The position numbers and the translations under genes are program-made. Under the pieces are notes generated by a model. The model saw only the letters and a list, made by a program, of their open reading frames with translations, did no database searches and was not told the origin of the DNA. DNA of 64,000 nt from NCBI GenBank assembly GCA_963703285.1, contig OY969807.1, forward strand, positions 1,952,001 through 2,016,000. Direction: 5' to 3'. Every line of letters starts with the position of its first letter. The first letter of the stretch is position 1. The DNA is from an uncultured Nitrososphaerota archaeon (GTDB taxonomy: Archaea > Thermoproteota > Nitrososphaeria > Nitrososphaerales > Gagatemarchaeaceae). This document shows positions 19,269 through 29,092 of the stretch, one piece after another.

Positions 19269-19378
19269 CGGGCCCGACGGGAATCGAACCCGTTTAGGGG
19301 GTTTCGTCCTGACCCTCGGGTTAAAAGCCCGATGCTCTACCTGAATTCTCTCCCTCTCGGGAACTAAGCTACGGGCCC
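19269..19378 (-). tRNA. tRNA-Lys(UUU) with two non-canonical introns (about 15/16 and 48/49)
   Basis: Acceptor stem GGGCCCG/CGGGCCC, anticodon arm TCGGG-CTTTTAA-CCCGA and T-arm ACGGG-TTCGATT-CCCGT. Inserts of 19 nt (19345-19363) and 17 nt (19294-19310). CCA is not encoded. Confidence 0.93.
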
Positions 19379-19439
19379 GCCACCTCTGTTCGATTCCGGG
19401 GGTGTTTTATTGCATTCGCAGGTCGAGCGCCGTCGCCCC

Positions 19440-20624
19440 CTAGGGCCTGACGACCTCCTTGCGCCCCAGGAGCAGCGGCACGATTAGCGAGATGACCAGG
19501 GTGGCCACGACTATCAGCGAGTAGTTCAGGCTCGTGATGATGCCGCTCCCCAGGGCGACCGACGCGATGACTATCCCGACGGCTCCTCTCCCGCCTAGCG
19601 TCACAGCGACGCGCTTCGCCTCCTCGCCCTTCAGCCCGAGGATGACCTTGCCCACGAAGTTCGTCGCCGCTATCGAGAGGAAGAGCGTCAGCGCTATGAC
19701 GACGGCCAGGTCGGGGAGGAGGTGGTACCCCGACGGGACAAGGTCGGCCTCCAGCCCCGCCGACCCGAAGAAGAGCGGGATGAAGAACGCCCTGTTGATT
19801 CTCCTGAACGTGGTCGAGACCTCCTGGTAGGCCTTCCTTCCTATGAGACCTTCCTTGACTATCAGCCCCGCGAAGAAGGCTCCGAGGATGTAGCTCAGCC
19901 CTATCGCCTGGAAGATCGCCGCGACCAGTAGGCCGACTAGTATGAGCACGGCGTACGGCATTTCCTCCCTCTTCACGAGGTTCCCTGCCCTCTCGAGCAG
20001 CCGCCTAAAGGCCCGAGGCTGCCTGTTCAGGAGCAGGTCGGCAGCCACGAACGCGACGACGAAGATGGTGGTGAAGGCTATCACTGATATCGTGTTCAGG
20101 AGCGGGCTAGAGGCCGCCACGAGGATGATGAAGGCGATGATGTCCGAGACCGCGACTGAGGAGAGGATTATCCCGCCCTCATCGGTCTCGAGGAGCTTGT
20201 AGTGCATCACGAGTACGGAGATTATCGAGATCGATGGAACGGAGATGGCGAGCGCCGCGATTAGGTCGGGACCCGCGCCGAACGGGAGGAGGAACAATGC
20301 GACCGCGAAGACGGCGAGCATCGGCAGGATGAACGAGGTCAGAGAGACCACGGCACCGTGTCGCAGCCGCTTCCTCACAAGGTCGGTGTTCATCTCGAAC
20401 CCGATCAGGAAGATGACGAAGAATAGCGCGAGGGAGGAGACCGCCTGTATCTGGTCGTTGGTCGCTATGAGGTTCAGAACCGTGGGGCCGAGGATTATCC
20501 CGCTCAGGAGCTCTCCCGCGACCGAGGGAAGCCTGACCTGTTCGAAGGCCTCGCCGATGAGGATGGCGGCGGCCAAGACCAGCAAGACCTGTATTATGAT
20601 CTCGTAGGTCAAGAACCGCAACAA
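19440..20624 (-). CDS. cation:proton antiporter (CPA2)
   Basis: RLPSVAGELLSGIILGP, FLIGFEM, AVSDII, ILGAFFAG and FFIPLFF. About 12 TM helices. Confidence 0.9.
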   Translation of the reverse strand: MLRFLTYEIIIQVLLVLAAAILIGEAFEQVRLPSVAGELLSGIILGPTVLNLIATNDQIQAVSSLALFFVIFLIGFEMNTDLVRKRLRHGAVVSLTSFILPMLAVFAVALFLLPFGAGPDLIAALAISVPSISIISVLVMHYKLLETDEGGIILSSVAVSDIIAFIILVAASSPLLNTISVIAFTTIFVVAFVAADLLLNRQPRAFRRLLERAGNLVKREEMPYAVLILVGLLVAAIFQAIGLSYILGAFFAGLIVKEGLIGRKAYQEVSTTFRRINRAFFIPLFFGSAGLEADLVPSGYHLLPDLAVVIALTLFLSIAATNFVGKVILGLKGEEAKRVAVTLGGRGAVGIVIASVALGSGIITSLNYSLIVVATLVISLIVPLLLGRKEVVRP

Positions 20625-20666
20625 GACCTTCCAGGGGTTGATTAAGCCCTTCCTATCATGGTGTCA

Positions 20667-20674
20667 TTTTTAAA
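20667..20674 (+). promoter_or_regulatory. TATA box of topoisomerase IB gene
   Basis: T-run followed by AAA, about 25-30 nt upstream of ATG 20698. Confidence 0.6.
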
Positions 20675-20697
20675 TGCCCCACGGCAACTCGGCCGAG

Positions 20698-22254
20698 ATG
20701 GCTGTCTGGAAGACACTTCGTCACAACGGCGTCGCCTTTCCCGATCCCTATGCCCCCAAGGGCCTCACGGTGGCCATAAGGGGGGAGACGGTCAGCCTCT
20801 CCCCCATAGCGGAGGAGATGGCCTACAACCTTGCGAAGAAGAAGGACACCCCCTACGTGCAGGACCCCGTCTTCGTCGAGAACTTCATGAAGTACTTCGC
20901 CAAGGAGCTCCCCGCCGCCTTCAAGGGTTCCGCCTTCGCCGACGTCGACTTCTCCAGGTTCTATGCTCTCGTGGACAGCGAGAAGCGAGCCAAGGAATCG
21001 ATGCCCAAGGAGGAGAAGAAGGCCCAGGCCGTCTCGAGGAAGGAGAAGAGGGAGAAGCTCAGGGCCCTGTACGGGAAGGCGGTCATAGACGAAAAGGAGA
21101 TCGAGATAGCGAACTGGCTGGTGGAGCCCCCCGGACTCTACATGGGCCGGGGACAGCACCCGATCCGGGGCAGCTGGAAGCCCAGGGTCCAGCAGGGAGA
21201 CGTCACCCTCAACCTGGACGAGTCCTCGCCCGTCCCGCCGGGAGACTGGGGGGCGATCGTGCACGACCACGGCTCCATCTGGATAGCTAGGTGGATCGAC
21301 AAGCTCACCAAGCGGGAGAAGTACGTCTGGCCGCACGAGAGCTCTGAGATCCAGCAGTCGAGGTCGAAGGCCAAGTATGACAAGGCCCTCTCGATTGGCA
21401 CCCAGCTCGAGCGCCTGCGGCGCAGCATCTTGAAGAGCATGGCAGCGAAGGACGAGAGGACGCGGAAGATTGCCACCGTGGCCTACCTCATCGACAGGCT
21501 CGGGATGCGGGTGGGCGACGAGAAGGACGAGGACGAGGCCGACACCGTCGGGGCCACGACGCTGAGGGTAGAGCACGTCAAGATCGAGGACGACAGGGTG
21601 GAGTTCGATTTTCTGGGCAAGGATTCCGTGCGTTGGCTGAAGGTGCTCAGGGACCCCGAGCCCGTGCTGGCGCAGAACCTTAGGAGGTTCACGGCGAAGA
21701 AGAAGCCGGGCGACGAGATCTTCGACGTCGTGACCTCGAGCATGGTCAACCGCTTCCTCTCCGGGGTCGTCCCGGGAGCCAGCGCCAAGGTCTTCAGGAC
21801 GTACCACGCCACGGTCGTCACCGAGACGAGCCTCAGGAGCCGGGACGTCAGGGACGCCGACGACCTGGAGAAGCGCTACTTCGCCAAGGAGGCCAACCTC
21901 GCCGCGGCGGAGTTCTGCAACCACAAGCGCACCCCGCCCAAGACCTGGGAGGAGTCCATGAAGAAGAAGGAGGAGAAGCTGGCCGACTACAGGGCAAAGG
22001 GCAAGGAGGCGATGATCAGGAAGATGGAGCTGGAGGTAGACTTCGCGAGGAGGACCAAGGAGTACAACCTGAACACCTCCCTGAAGAACTACATCGACCC
22101 CAGGATCTACAAGTCCTGGTGCGACTACGTCGGCTTGGACTGGGAGAAGTTGTACACCTCCTCCCTGCAGAGGAAGTTCTCCTGGGTCGCCAAGTCCAGG
22201 CGCCCGTGGGCGCGGCGGGAAGAGCGGGAGATTGTCGTCCAGCGGTCTGCCTAG
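20698..22254 (+). CDS. DNA topoisomerase IB (eukaryote-like)
   Basis: WKTLRHNGV, VEPPGL-x-x-GRG-x-HP, MRVGDEKD, DFLGKDS, AKVFRTY, CNHKR and catalytic SLKNYIDPR. Confidence 0.97.
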   Translation: MAVWKTLRHNGVAFPDPYAPKGLTVAIRGETVSLSPIAEEMAYNLAKKKDTPYVQDPVFVENFMKYFAKELPAAFKGSAFADVDFSRFYALVDSEKRAKESMPKEEKKAQAVSRKEKREKLRALYGKAVIDEKEIEIANWLVEPPGLYMGRGQHPIRGSWKPRVQQGDVTLNLDESSPVPPGDWGAIVHDHGSIWIARWIDKLTKREKYVWPHESSEIQQSRSKAKYDKALSIGTQLERLRRSILKSMAAKDERTRKIATVAYLIDRLGMRVGDEKDEDEADTVGATTLRVEHVKIEDDRVEFDFLGKDSVRWLKVLRDPEPVLAQNLRRFTAKKKPGDEIFDVVTSSMVNRFLSGVVPGASAKVFRTYHATVVTETSLRSRDVRDADDLEKRYFAKEANLAAAEFCNHKRTPPKTWEESMKKKEEKLADYRAKGKEAMIRKMELEVDFARRTKEYNLNTSLKNYIDPRIYKSWCDYVGLDWEKLYTSSLQRKFSWVAKSRRPWARREEREIVVQRSA

Positions 22255-23108
22255 CCGGCTATCAGGCCCCTGACGTAGGCGAGCTCGTCGGCGTCTGTCC
22301 TCCTCTCGTCTTGGGGCGTCTCCATCAGCAGGGGCAGCCTCGATACGACGTGGTGGCCCAGCAGCGCCCTGAAGCCCCCCTCTCCTATCCGTCCCATCCC
22401 TATGTGCTCGTGCCTGTCGAGGTTCCTCCCGAGGGGTCCCTTCGAGTCGTTCAGGTGGACTACCTTGAGCCTCTCCAGCCCCACGGCCCTGTCGAACGCA
22501 TCGAGCATCGCTCCGACCCCCTCCGGCGAGGAGATGTCGAAGCCGGTAGCGAAGACGTGGCAGGTGTCGAGGCAGACTCCAATCCTGTCCTTCTGCCTGA
22601 CGCCGTCGAGGATCATCCCGAGCTCCTCGAAACTCGCCCCGACGCAGTTCTTCTGGCCCGCCATGTTCTCTACGAGGAGCGAGGTCGCGTTCGGGTTGGC
22701 GTCGAGAGCCTCGTTGCAGGCCCCGACGACGTTCCTGACCCCGACCATCGACCCCTTGCCCATGTGCGACCCTATGTGTGCCACGACGTAGTCGACGCCG
22801 AGCCTGCCCGACCTGTCCAGCTCGTCGACCAGCGAGGCCCTGCTCCTCCCCATTACCCCCCTGTCGGACGACGCGAGGTTGGGGAGGTAGGGCATGTGGA
22901 CAACGACCATCTTGAATCCCCACTTCCTCCTCTTCTCCACGAAGGCGAGCGTCTCCTGCTCCCCCAGCGGGCCGTACTTCCAGCTGCGGGGGTTGCGGGT
23001 GAAGAGCTGGAACGCCGTGCAGTTGGCCTCGAGGGCCCTGTCAACCGCGAGGTCGATGGACCCCTTTATCGACATGTGGAACCCGACGAGAGGTTCTCTC
23101 ACGGGCAA
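22251..23108 (-). CDS. nfo: endonuclease IV
   Basis: GFHMSI, FQLFTRNPR-x-W, HMPYLPNL, HIGSH, ENMAGQ, CLDTCH, HLNDSK, DRHEHIG and METP. Confidence 0.96.
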   Translation of the reverse strand: MPVREPLVGFHMSIKGSIDLAVDRALEANCTAFQLFTRNPRSWKYGPLGEQETLAFVEKRRKWGFKMVVVHMPYLPNLASSDRGVMGRSRASLVDELDRSGRLGVDYVVAHIGSHMGKGSMVGVRNVVGACNEALDANPNATSLLVENMAGQKNCVGASFEELGMILDGVRQKDRIGVCLDTCHVFATGFDISSPEGVGAMLDAFDRAVGLERLKVVHLNDSKGPLGRNLDRHEHIGMGRIGEGGFRALLGHHVVSRLPLLMETPQDERRTDADELAYVRGLIAG

Positions 23109-23152
23109 AATAGAGAGGATGTGGGTATAAGGCTTGTCGCCTCAACCCACCC

Positions 23153-23608
23153 TTATTCCGGCCGAGTCTCGCTCTTCTTCCGGGCGGACCTGGCGCGGCT
23201 CTTGGTGGATGTGCTCCTCTTCCTCTGCGCCCTTCGAGTCCTGGGTGCCGCGTGCACGTGGGACCCGACGGTCTCGGCTGTCGGGGCTGGAACCGGGGGG
23301 GACGCTTCGGTCACGGGAGTCGCGGCCGGCGCGACTTCGACGGGAACCGCTGCTACCTCCTCGACCACTGGCGCGACGACCACCGGGGCGTGAACCTCCG
23401 GGGGGTACGTCTCTACCACTGGCGTCTCGACGGCTGCTACCTGGGGCATGGGGGCTGCTTGGACAGCCTCGGCCGGTGAGAACGAGCCGAGCGCTGAAGG
23501 ACCGACGGAGATGGACACTCCTCTGTGTCTTGGCCTTGCTGCGTAGACGATGACTGCAGCTCCTATGCCGACGGCGAAGATGATGGTGAGCACCTGCTCT
23601 AGCACCAT
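23153..23608 (-). CDS. membrane-anchored Pro/Ala/Val-rich protein with basic C-terminal tail
   Basis: N-terminal TM, low-complexity linker and Arg/Lys-rich end. Confidence 0.6.
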   Translation of the reverse strand: MVLEQVLTIIFAVGIGAAVIVYAARPRHRGVSISVGPSALGSFSPAEAVQAAPMPQVAAVETPVVETYPPEVHAPVVVAPVVEEVAAVPVEVAPAATPVTEASPPVPAPTAETVGSHVHAAPRTRRAQRKRSTSTKSRARSARKKSETRPE

Positions 23609-23773
23609 TTTCTCTGCACCTGCCCCCTAGCCTCGAAACCACGTCTTCTAGTGACGAGTCAAAGCCAGTTCACAATCGCCTCAAAGCCCCGGACGCGCCG
23701 CTGGGAGGTCCCTGAGGGGGGACCAACAATTTTTATATCTTCTTCCCTCCTATGGTAGGCCTTTGTCCGTCTT

Positions 23774-24163
23774 ATGACGTATCCTCTCGACAAGTTATGC
23801 GTCCAAGCCTTCAAGTTCGACCGGAGGATTCGCTACGCAAGCGTGCTCGACGACACCGGCAGGGTGATAGCGGGAGGGATGCGGAAGGGGATAAGCTCCC
23901 TCGAACCGCTGAGCGAGGACCTCAGGCTCATGGCAAACTTGACGATCCAGATAGGGACCGACAAGACCTGGGACAGGTACTTCGGGAACATCCAGTACAC
24001 CTTCGTGAAGAGGGAGAAGGTCAACATGCTCACCTTCAACCTGGGGCCGAACTTCATGCTCATCTCGACCGAGCCGGACTTCGACCTGCACCAGGTCGCG
24101 AACCTCCGGGACACGGTCTTGACGATCTACACCACCGGGATGATACCCGAGCGGCCGAGGTAG
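23774..24163 (+). CDS. thaumarchaeal roadblock/profilin-like protein (DUF6659-like)
   Basis: IRYASVLD-x-x-G-x-x-IAGGMRKG-x-x-SL...FG-x-x-x-Y-x-x-x-KREKV pattern. TTTTATAT near 23731. Confidence 0.7.
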   Translation: MTYPLDKLCVQAFKFDRRIRYASVLDDTGRVIAGGMRKGISSLEPLSEDLRLMANLTIQIGTDKTWDRYFGNIQYTFVKREKVNMLTFNLGPNFMLISTEPDFDLHQVANLRDTVLTIYTTGMIPERPR

Positions 24164-24171
24164 CGCGCGTC

Positions 24172-24354
24172 TCAGGTCAGGCCGATCTCGGGGAACTTGG
24201 CTTGGGGGTACCCGAGCTCCTTCTGCAGCGTCCTTATCCTCGTGGCGTACTCGACCATGTTCTCCTTCTCGCCCTTCACCTTCGCTATCTTGTAGGCCTT
24301 CCAGGATTTCTTGAGCGCAGCCCAAGTCTGGCCTGTCGTGTGCGGGGCCGTCAT
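24172..24354 (-). CDS. small helical conserved-looking hypothetical protein
   Basis: 60 aa, W-x-ALKKSWK-x-YK...YA-x-RI-x-x-LQ-x-ELG. TATA-like TTAAAT on the minus strand near 24385. Confidence 0.7.
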   Translation of the reverse strand: MTAPHTTGQTWAALKKSWKAYKIAKVKGEKENMVEYATRIRTLQKELGYPQAKFPEIGLT

Positions 24355-24392
24355 GCTACGGGGTCAGAAGTCCCAGTTTTTCGTATTTAAGC

Positions 24393-24794
24393 CTAGGACT
24401 GGCGAGCCTCTTGCTTGACCTGGAAGCTCAGCGGGTTGCCGTGCATGTCGTAGATCTTGATGCACCCCTCGTCGGTGTAGGGGTACCCCGCAATGACCAT
24501 TATCCTCCCCATCATGTGCAGGAGGTCCTGGTGCGACGGGACGGCGTAGCCCGACGGGTGGGAGTGTGCGACGCCGATGAACGTAAGGTCGATGGGCATC
24601 AGCGTCCAGCTGAACGACGAGAACCCTTCCCCGTGGGTGGCCATCGGGGGGATCACGACGCTCTCGACGAGGACGTCTCCCTTCTTCGACCTGCCCCTGA
24701 GCAGGAGTATGCCCTCCCTGGGGTAGGCGGCGCGCGAATAGGTGAGGATGCTGTCGACGACCTCCCTGAGCATCGTCACGCTGCGGACGGGCAA
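24393..24794 (-). CDS. JAMM/MPN+ metalloprotease
   Basis: YPRE catalytic Glu and HSHPSG-x-x-x-PS-x-x-D motif. TTG start about 30 nt from a minus-strand TTTTAT. Confidence 0.9.
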   Translation of the reverse strand: MPVRSVTMLREVVDSILTYSRAAYPREGILLLRGRSKKGDVLVESVVIPPMATHGEGFSSFSWTLMPIDLTFIGVAHSHPSGYAVPSHQDLLHMMGRIMVIAGYPYTDEGCIKIYDMHGNPLSFQVKQEARQS

Positions 24795-24875
24795 CGAAAC
24801 CTCCGGACCTACGCGAAAGCTCCCGGGATAAAATGCCTTCTGCCTGGTTGCCATCCTTAAATCCGCGCCCACGGA

Positions 24876-25292
24876 ATGAGGGCCATGGTCGGGATTGCGG
24901 CGCTACTCGTACTTCTAGTCGCTCTCATCATCCTCTGGGCAATCGTGTCCATCCCGGTCTACATCGCCGCGAGGGTCGTCACCTCGGGCAGGCCGAGGAA
25001 AGCGACGTTCGGGCAGGCCATGGGGGCGACGCTGGCGGGCGCCATAGTCTACGGGATAGTCTACGTCTTGGTCTATCTCTTCGCTGTCTCGGTCGTCGGA
25101 AGCTCCGCCGCCATCCTCGCCCTGCTTTTGGCGGTGATAGCGTGGCTTGCGGTCTATCGCGCCTCCTTCGATGTGGGATGGCTCGGCGCCCTCGGCATCT
25201 CCATCCTGGCGGCGATAGTCCTCATCGTAATGAACGTGATACTCGCCGCGATCCTGGGCGTCTCATTGCCGAGCTTCTTCCACCCCTTCTGA
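24876..25292 (+). CDS. hypothetical membrane protein (4 TM)
   Basis: Hydrophobic 138-aa ORF with F-x-x-GWLGA motif. Confidence 0.7.
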   Translation: MRAMVGIAALLVLLVALIILWAIVSIPVYIAARVVTSGRPRKATFGQAMGATLAGAIVYGIVYVLVYLFAVSVVGSSAAILALLLAVIAWLAVYRASFDVGWLGALGISILAAIVLIVMNVILAAILGVSLPSFFHPF

Positions 25293-25392
25293 CCGTCCAT
25301 CCCCTCACGGGCTGCCGGTTCTCCCCCGGGCCCATAGAATCCTTTAAAACGTCCCCCAAAGGCTCCTCCTCATCTAAAGGAGACCATAGAAC

Positions 25393-26142
25393 GTGTTTGC
25401 ACCTTCCGCCGGTTACGACCGGGCGATCACCATCTTCTCGCCCGATGGCAGACTTTACCAGGTTGAGTACGCTCTCGAGACAGTGAGGCGGGGCTCCCTA
25501 GCCGTCGGTGTGAGGACGAACGAGGGTGTCGTCCTGGCCGTGGAGGAGAGGGGTAGGAAGCTCCAGTCCGGCTACTCGGTCGTCAAGATGTTCCAGATCG
25601 ACGACCACGTCGGCGCGGTGGGGGCGGGTTACATCCCCGACGCCCGGATTCAGGTCGACAACGCGAGGGTCATCGCACAGTCCAACAAGCTCGTCTACGA
25701 GGAACCGGTCGACATCGAGACGGTAGCGAAGAGGATCGCCGACCTGAACCAGCAGTATACGCAGTACGCAGGGGTCAGGCCCTTCGGCGTCTCGCTCATC
25801 ATCGCAGGCGTCGACGAGAACAGGGGTCCGGTCGTCTACCTAACCGACCCCACGGGCGCCTACCTCAGCTTCGACGCCATAGCCATCGGGGCGGGGTCCG
25901 ACCAGGTCAACGAGTACCTCGAGAAGAACTACGACCGCGCCATGTCACTGGAGGACGGCATACGGATTGCCATCGAGTGCATCTATCTCGTGAGCGAGGA
26001 CAAGCAGGGGACGGCCCACATCAAGACAGCCGTGGTCGACGCCGAGACCAAGACGATGCGGAAGCTGACGGAAGACGAGATAGCGAAGAGCGCAGCCGAC
26101 GCCAAGACCCGAAGCGACAAGCCGCCGAACAAGGGCGCCTAG
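25393..26142 (+). CDS. psmA: 20S proteasome alpha subunit
   Basis: GYDRAITIFSPDGRLYQVEYA and YTQYAGVRPFGVSL. TTTAAAA near 25343. Confidence 0.98.
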   Translation: MFAPSAGYDRAITIFSPDGRLYQVEYALETVRRGSLAVGVRTNEGVVLAVEERGRKLQSGYSVVKMFQIDDHVGAVGAGYIPDARIQVDNARVIAQSNKLVYEEPVDIETVAKRIADLNQQYTQYAGVRPFGVSLIIAGVDENRGPVVYLTDPTGAYLSFDAIAIGAGSDQVNEYLEKNYDRAMSLEDGIRIAIECIYLVSEDKQGTAHIKTAVVDAETKTMRKLTEDEIAKSAADAKTRSDKPPNKGA

Positions 26143-26159
26143 CCGCCCGGGGCACGGTC

Positions 26160-26849
26160 ATGAGCAACAAGTTCACCAGCGTGCGCATGACTATCGAGGG
26201 CGAGCACTACGAGATACTGGTCTATCCCGACCCAGCCCTCAACTACAAGATGGGTCGGTCCGTCGACCCTGCCTCGGTCCTCGCCATCGACGAGGTCTAC
26301 TCCGACTCGAACAAGGGGCTCCGGGCGTCGGCGGACAAACTGAAGAAGCACTTCAAGACCGAGGACCACGCCAAGGCGGCTCTCGAGGTCCTCAGGCGGG
26401 GCGAGCTGCAGCTGACCCAGGAGCAGAGGCTCCGCCTCACCGAGGAGAAAAGGCGCCAGGTCGTGACCATCATCTCCAAGAACTACGTGGACCCCAGGAC
26501 CAGCCTCCCCCACCCTCCGCTCCGGATAGAGCAGGCGATGCAGGAGGCCAGGGTCTCGATCGACCCGTTCAAGGACGCGAACGAGCAGACCAAGGAGGTC
26601 CTCGATAAACTCAGGCCCATAATCCCCCTGAAGTCAGAGAAGGTCAGGCTTTCGGTGAGGGTCCCCGCACAGTACGCCGGTCAGGCGCTCGGCGCGCTCA
26701 AGGGGTTCGGCGAGATACTTAAAGAGGAGTGGGGGCAGGACGGTGGACTGTCCGTAGTGTTAGAGGCACCGGCCGCATCCCAGCCCAGCCTTCTGGAGAG
26801 ATTGGGGGCTGTGACGAAGGGGTCGGCGCAGGTAGCATTGGTGAAATGA
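26160..26849 (+). CDS. ribosome maturation protein SBDS/Sdo1
   Basis: YEILV-x-PD, GELQLT-x-EQR and DPRT-x-x-PHPP-x-RIE-x-AM. Canonical position after psmA. Confidence 0.96.
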   Translation: MSNKFTSVRMTIEGEHYEILVYPDPALNYKMGRSVDPASVLAIDEVYSDSNKGLRASADKLKKHFKTEDHAKAALEVLRRGELQLTQEQRLRLTEEKRRQVVTIISKNYVDPRTSLPHPPLRIEQAMQEARVSIDPFKDANEQTKEVLDKLRPIIPLKSEKVRLSVRVPAQYAGQALGALKGFGEILKEEWGQDGGLSVVLEAPAASQPSLLERLGAVTKGSAQVALVK

Positions 26850-26850
26850 A

Positions 26851-27525
26851 TTGCCAGAAATAGTCAGGAAGCAGGTAATCCCCGGAGACGTAATCGTCAG
26901 CGGGGACTATAGACCAGGCATGTTTGTCGAGCGAAGGGGCAACGACCTCATCGCCCTCCGTGTTGGCCTGGCGGAGATAGTCAGGTCCGACGCCAAGGTG
27001 ATTCCGCTCTCGGGCATCTACATCCCGCGGGTGGAGGACCTCGTGGTCGGGAAGGTCTCGAACCTGACGGGGTACGGCTGGGAGGTCGACATCAACTCGT
27101 GCTTCCTGGGGTACCTCCCCGCGCAGTTCGTCTTCGGGAGGGACTTCTCCCCCGCCACCCACGACCTCAGCACGAGGTTCAAGGTCGGCGACATGATGCT
27201 CGCCAAGATCGAGGCCTACGACCGCTCCAGGGACCCCCAGCTCTCGATACGGGGTCCGGGGCTCGGCCTGATCCCCGGGGGCGAGCTCGTCAAGATATCC
27301 CCCACGAAGGTGCCCCGCCTCATAGGCAAGAAGGGGTACATGATCAAGATGATCGGGAACCTGACCCACTGCGACATACGCATCGGGCAGAACGGGCTCG
27401 TCGTCCTCGAGGGTCCCCCGGAGGGCGTCGTCAAGGCCGTGAAGGCGGTGCACCTGATAGAGGAGGAGGCGCACCTCGCGGACCTGACGCAGAAGGTAGA
27501 GGCGTTCCTCACTAGCGGTGAATAG
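26851..27525 (+). CDS. rrp4: exosome RNA-binding subunit Rrp4
   Basis: VIPGD, YIPRV-x-DLVVG, S1 domain, [12 protein letters not shown] motif and IGQNG. Confidence 0.96.
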   Translation: MPEIVRKQVIPGDVIVSGDYRPGMFVERRGNDLIALRVGLAEIVRSDAKVIPLSGIYIPRVEDLVVGKVSNLTGYGWEVDINSCFLGYLPAQFVFGRDFSPATHDLSTRFKVGDMMLAKIEAYDRSRDPQLSIRGPGLGLIPGGELVKISPTKVPRLIGKKGYMIKMIGNLTHCDIRIGQNGLVVLEGPPEGVVKAVKAVHLIEEEAHLADLTQKVEAFLTSGE

Positions 27526-28279
27526 ATTGGAAGAGAAAAGAAAACTGATCGATGAAAACGGCCTGCGCACCGATGGTCGCAGGTGGGACGAGCTGAGGCC
27601 CATCAAGATTGAGGTGGGCACGCTGCAGAACGCGGACGGCTCGGCCTACATCGAGTTCGGGAAGAACAAGATCGTCGCGGCGGTCTACGGCCCGAAGGAG
27701 ATGCACCCGAAGCACATGCTCCTGGCTGACAGGGCGGTGCTGAAGTGCAGATACCACATGGCCCCGTTCTCGGTCGACCAGCGCAAGAACCCCGCCCCGT
27801 CCAGGAGGGAGATTGAGATATCCATGGTGATCAGGGAGGCGATTCAGCCCGCGCTGATCCTCGAGGACTACCCGAGGACGGCGATACAGATCTACGTCGA
27901 AGTCCTGCAGTCGGACGGCGGGTCCAGGGTCGCCGGGATAACGGCGGCGTCCCTCGCCCTCGCAGACGCGGGGATCAACATGCGGGACCTCGTCGTCGGG
28001 TGCGCCGTCGGCAAGGTCGACGGGAAGGTCGTGCTCGACCTGAACGACACCGAGGACAAGGAGGGCTCCGGGGACATGCCGTTCGCGTTCATGCCCAACC
28101 TCAACCAGGTCACACTGCTGCAACTGGACGGTCTCTTCACGCCGGACGAGTTCAAGCAGGCTCTGGAGATGGCCGAGCAGGGCGCCAGGAAGGTCTACGA
28201 GCTCCAGCGCGAGGCCCTACTGAAGAAGTACTTCGCGGGTACAACCGTGGAGACGACCACCGAGGAGGTGGGCGAGTAG
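27518..28279 (+). CDS. rrp41: exosome catalytic subunit Rrp41
   Basis: R-x-DGR-x-x-DELRPI, [21 protein letters not shown] and EDKEG-x-x-DMP. Confidence 0.97.
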   Translation: MNRLEEKRKLIDENGLRTDGRRWDELRPIKIEVGTLQNADGSAYIEFGKNKIVAAVYGPKEMHPKHMLLADRAVLKCRYHMAPFSVDQRKNPAPSRREIEISMVIREAIQPALILEDYPRTAIQIYVEVLQSDGGSRVAGITAASLALADAGINMRDLVVGCAVGKVDGKVVLDLNDTEDKEGSGDMPFAFMPNLNQVTLLQLDGLFTPDEFKQALEMAEQGARKVYELQREALLKKYFAGTTVETTTEEVGE

Positions 28280-29092
28280 ATGCCCAAGTCCTACGTCGTA
28301 GAGGCCCTGAGGAAGGCGCAGCTCCTCGAGCTGCTCTCCAAGGGGACGAGGCTCGACGGCAGACGCCTGGACGAGATGAGGAAGATCGAGATACAGACAG
28401 GCCTTATAGAGAAGGCGAACGGCTCGGCCATAGTCAGCCTGGGGAAGACCCAGGTCATCGCCGGAGTGATGGTGGACAAGGGGACGCCGTTCCCCGACAC
28501 CCCTGACAAGGGGCTGCTCGTGGTCGGGGCCGAGGTCCTCCCGCTCGCCGCCTCCTACGTCGAGGCGGGACCTCCGGACGAGAAGGCCATCGAGCTCGCT
28601 AGGGTCGTCGACAGGGGTGTCAGGGAGTCCGAGATGATAGACGTCAGTAGCCTCGTCATCAAGGAGGGCAAGTTCGTCTACGCCGTCTTCGTCGACGTGA
28701 ACGTTCTCAACGTCGACGGGAACCTCTTCGACGCGACGAACTACGCGGTCGTCTCGGCGCTCCTCACGGCGCGCATGCCCAGGTTCGAGCTCGACGGCGA
28801 CACCGTGAAGAACACGGGAGAGAAGATGCCGGTCCCCGTGAGCAAGATTCCCGTCTCCGTGACGATGGCCAGCATAGCCAACACGCTCGTGGCCGACCCG
28901 ACCTCCGAGGAGGAGGCGGTGATGGACGCGAGGATAACGCTGACCACCGACGATGAGGGGTACATCTGCGCGGGCCAGAAGGGCGAGCCCGGGTCGCTCA
29001 CGCGGGAGCAGATACTCACCGCGGCCGACTGGTCCCTGGCCCGGGGCAAGGAGATAAGGGCCGCGATCAAAGAGGCGACGAAGCGTGCCTAG
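28280..29092 (+). CDS. rrp42: exosome subunit Rrp42
   Basis: RLDGR, KANGSA, PFPDTPDKG, IELARVVDRG-x-RES, DGNLFDA and DPT-x-EEE. Confidence 0.97.
   Translation: MPKSYVVEALRKAQLLELLSKGTRLDGRRLDEMRKIEIQTGLIEKANGSAIVSLGKTQVIAGVMVDKGTPFPDTPDKGLLVVGAEVLPLAASYVEAGPPDEKAIELARVVDRGVRESEMIDVSSLVIKEGKFVYAVFVDVNVLNVDGNLFDATNYAVVSALLTARMPRFELDGDTVKNTGEKMPVPVSKIPVSVTMASIANTLVADPTSEEEAVMDARITLTTDDEGYICAGQKGEPGSLTREQILTAADWSLARGKEIRAAIKEATKRA

Noticed and set aside
20656-22923. Long antisense or alternate-frame ORFs (755 aa here; also 41384-42808, 29599-30804, 5658-6752)
   Set aside because: Shadow ORFs caused by high GC3 opposite well-identified genes.
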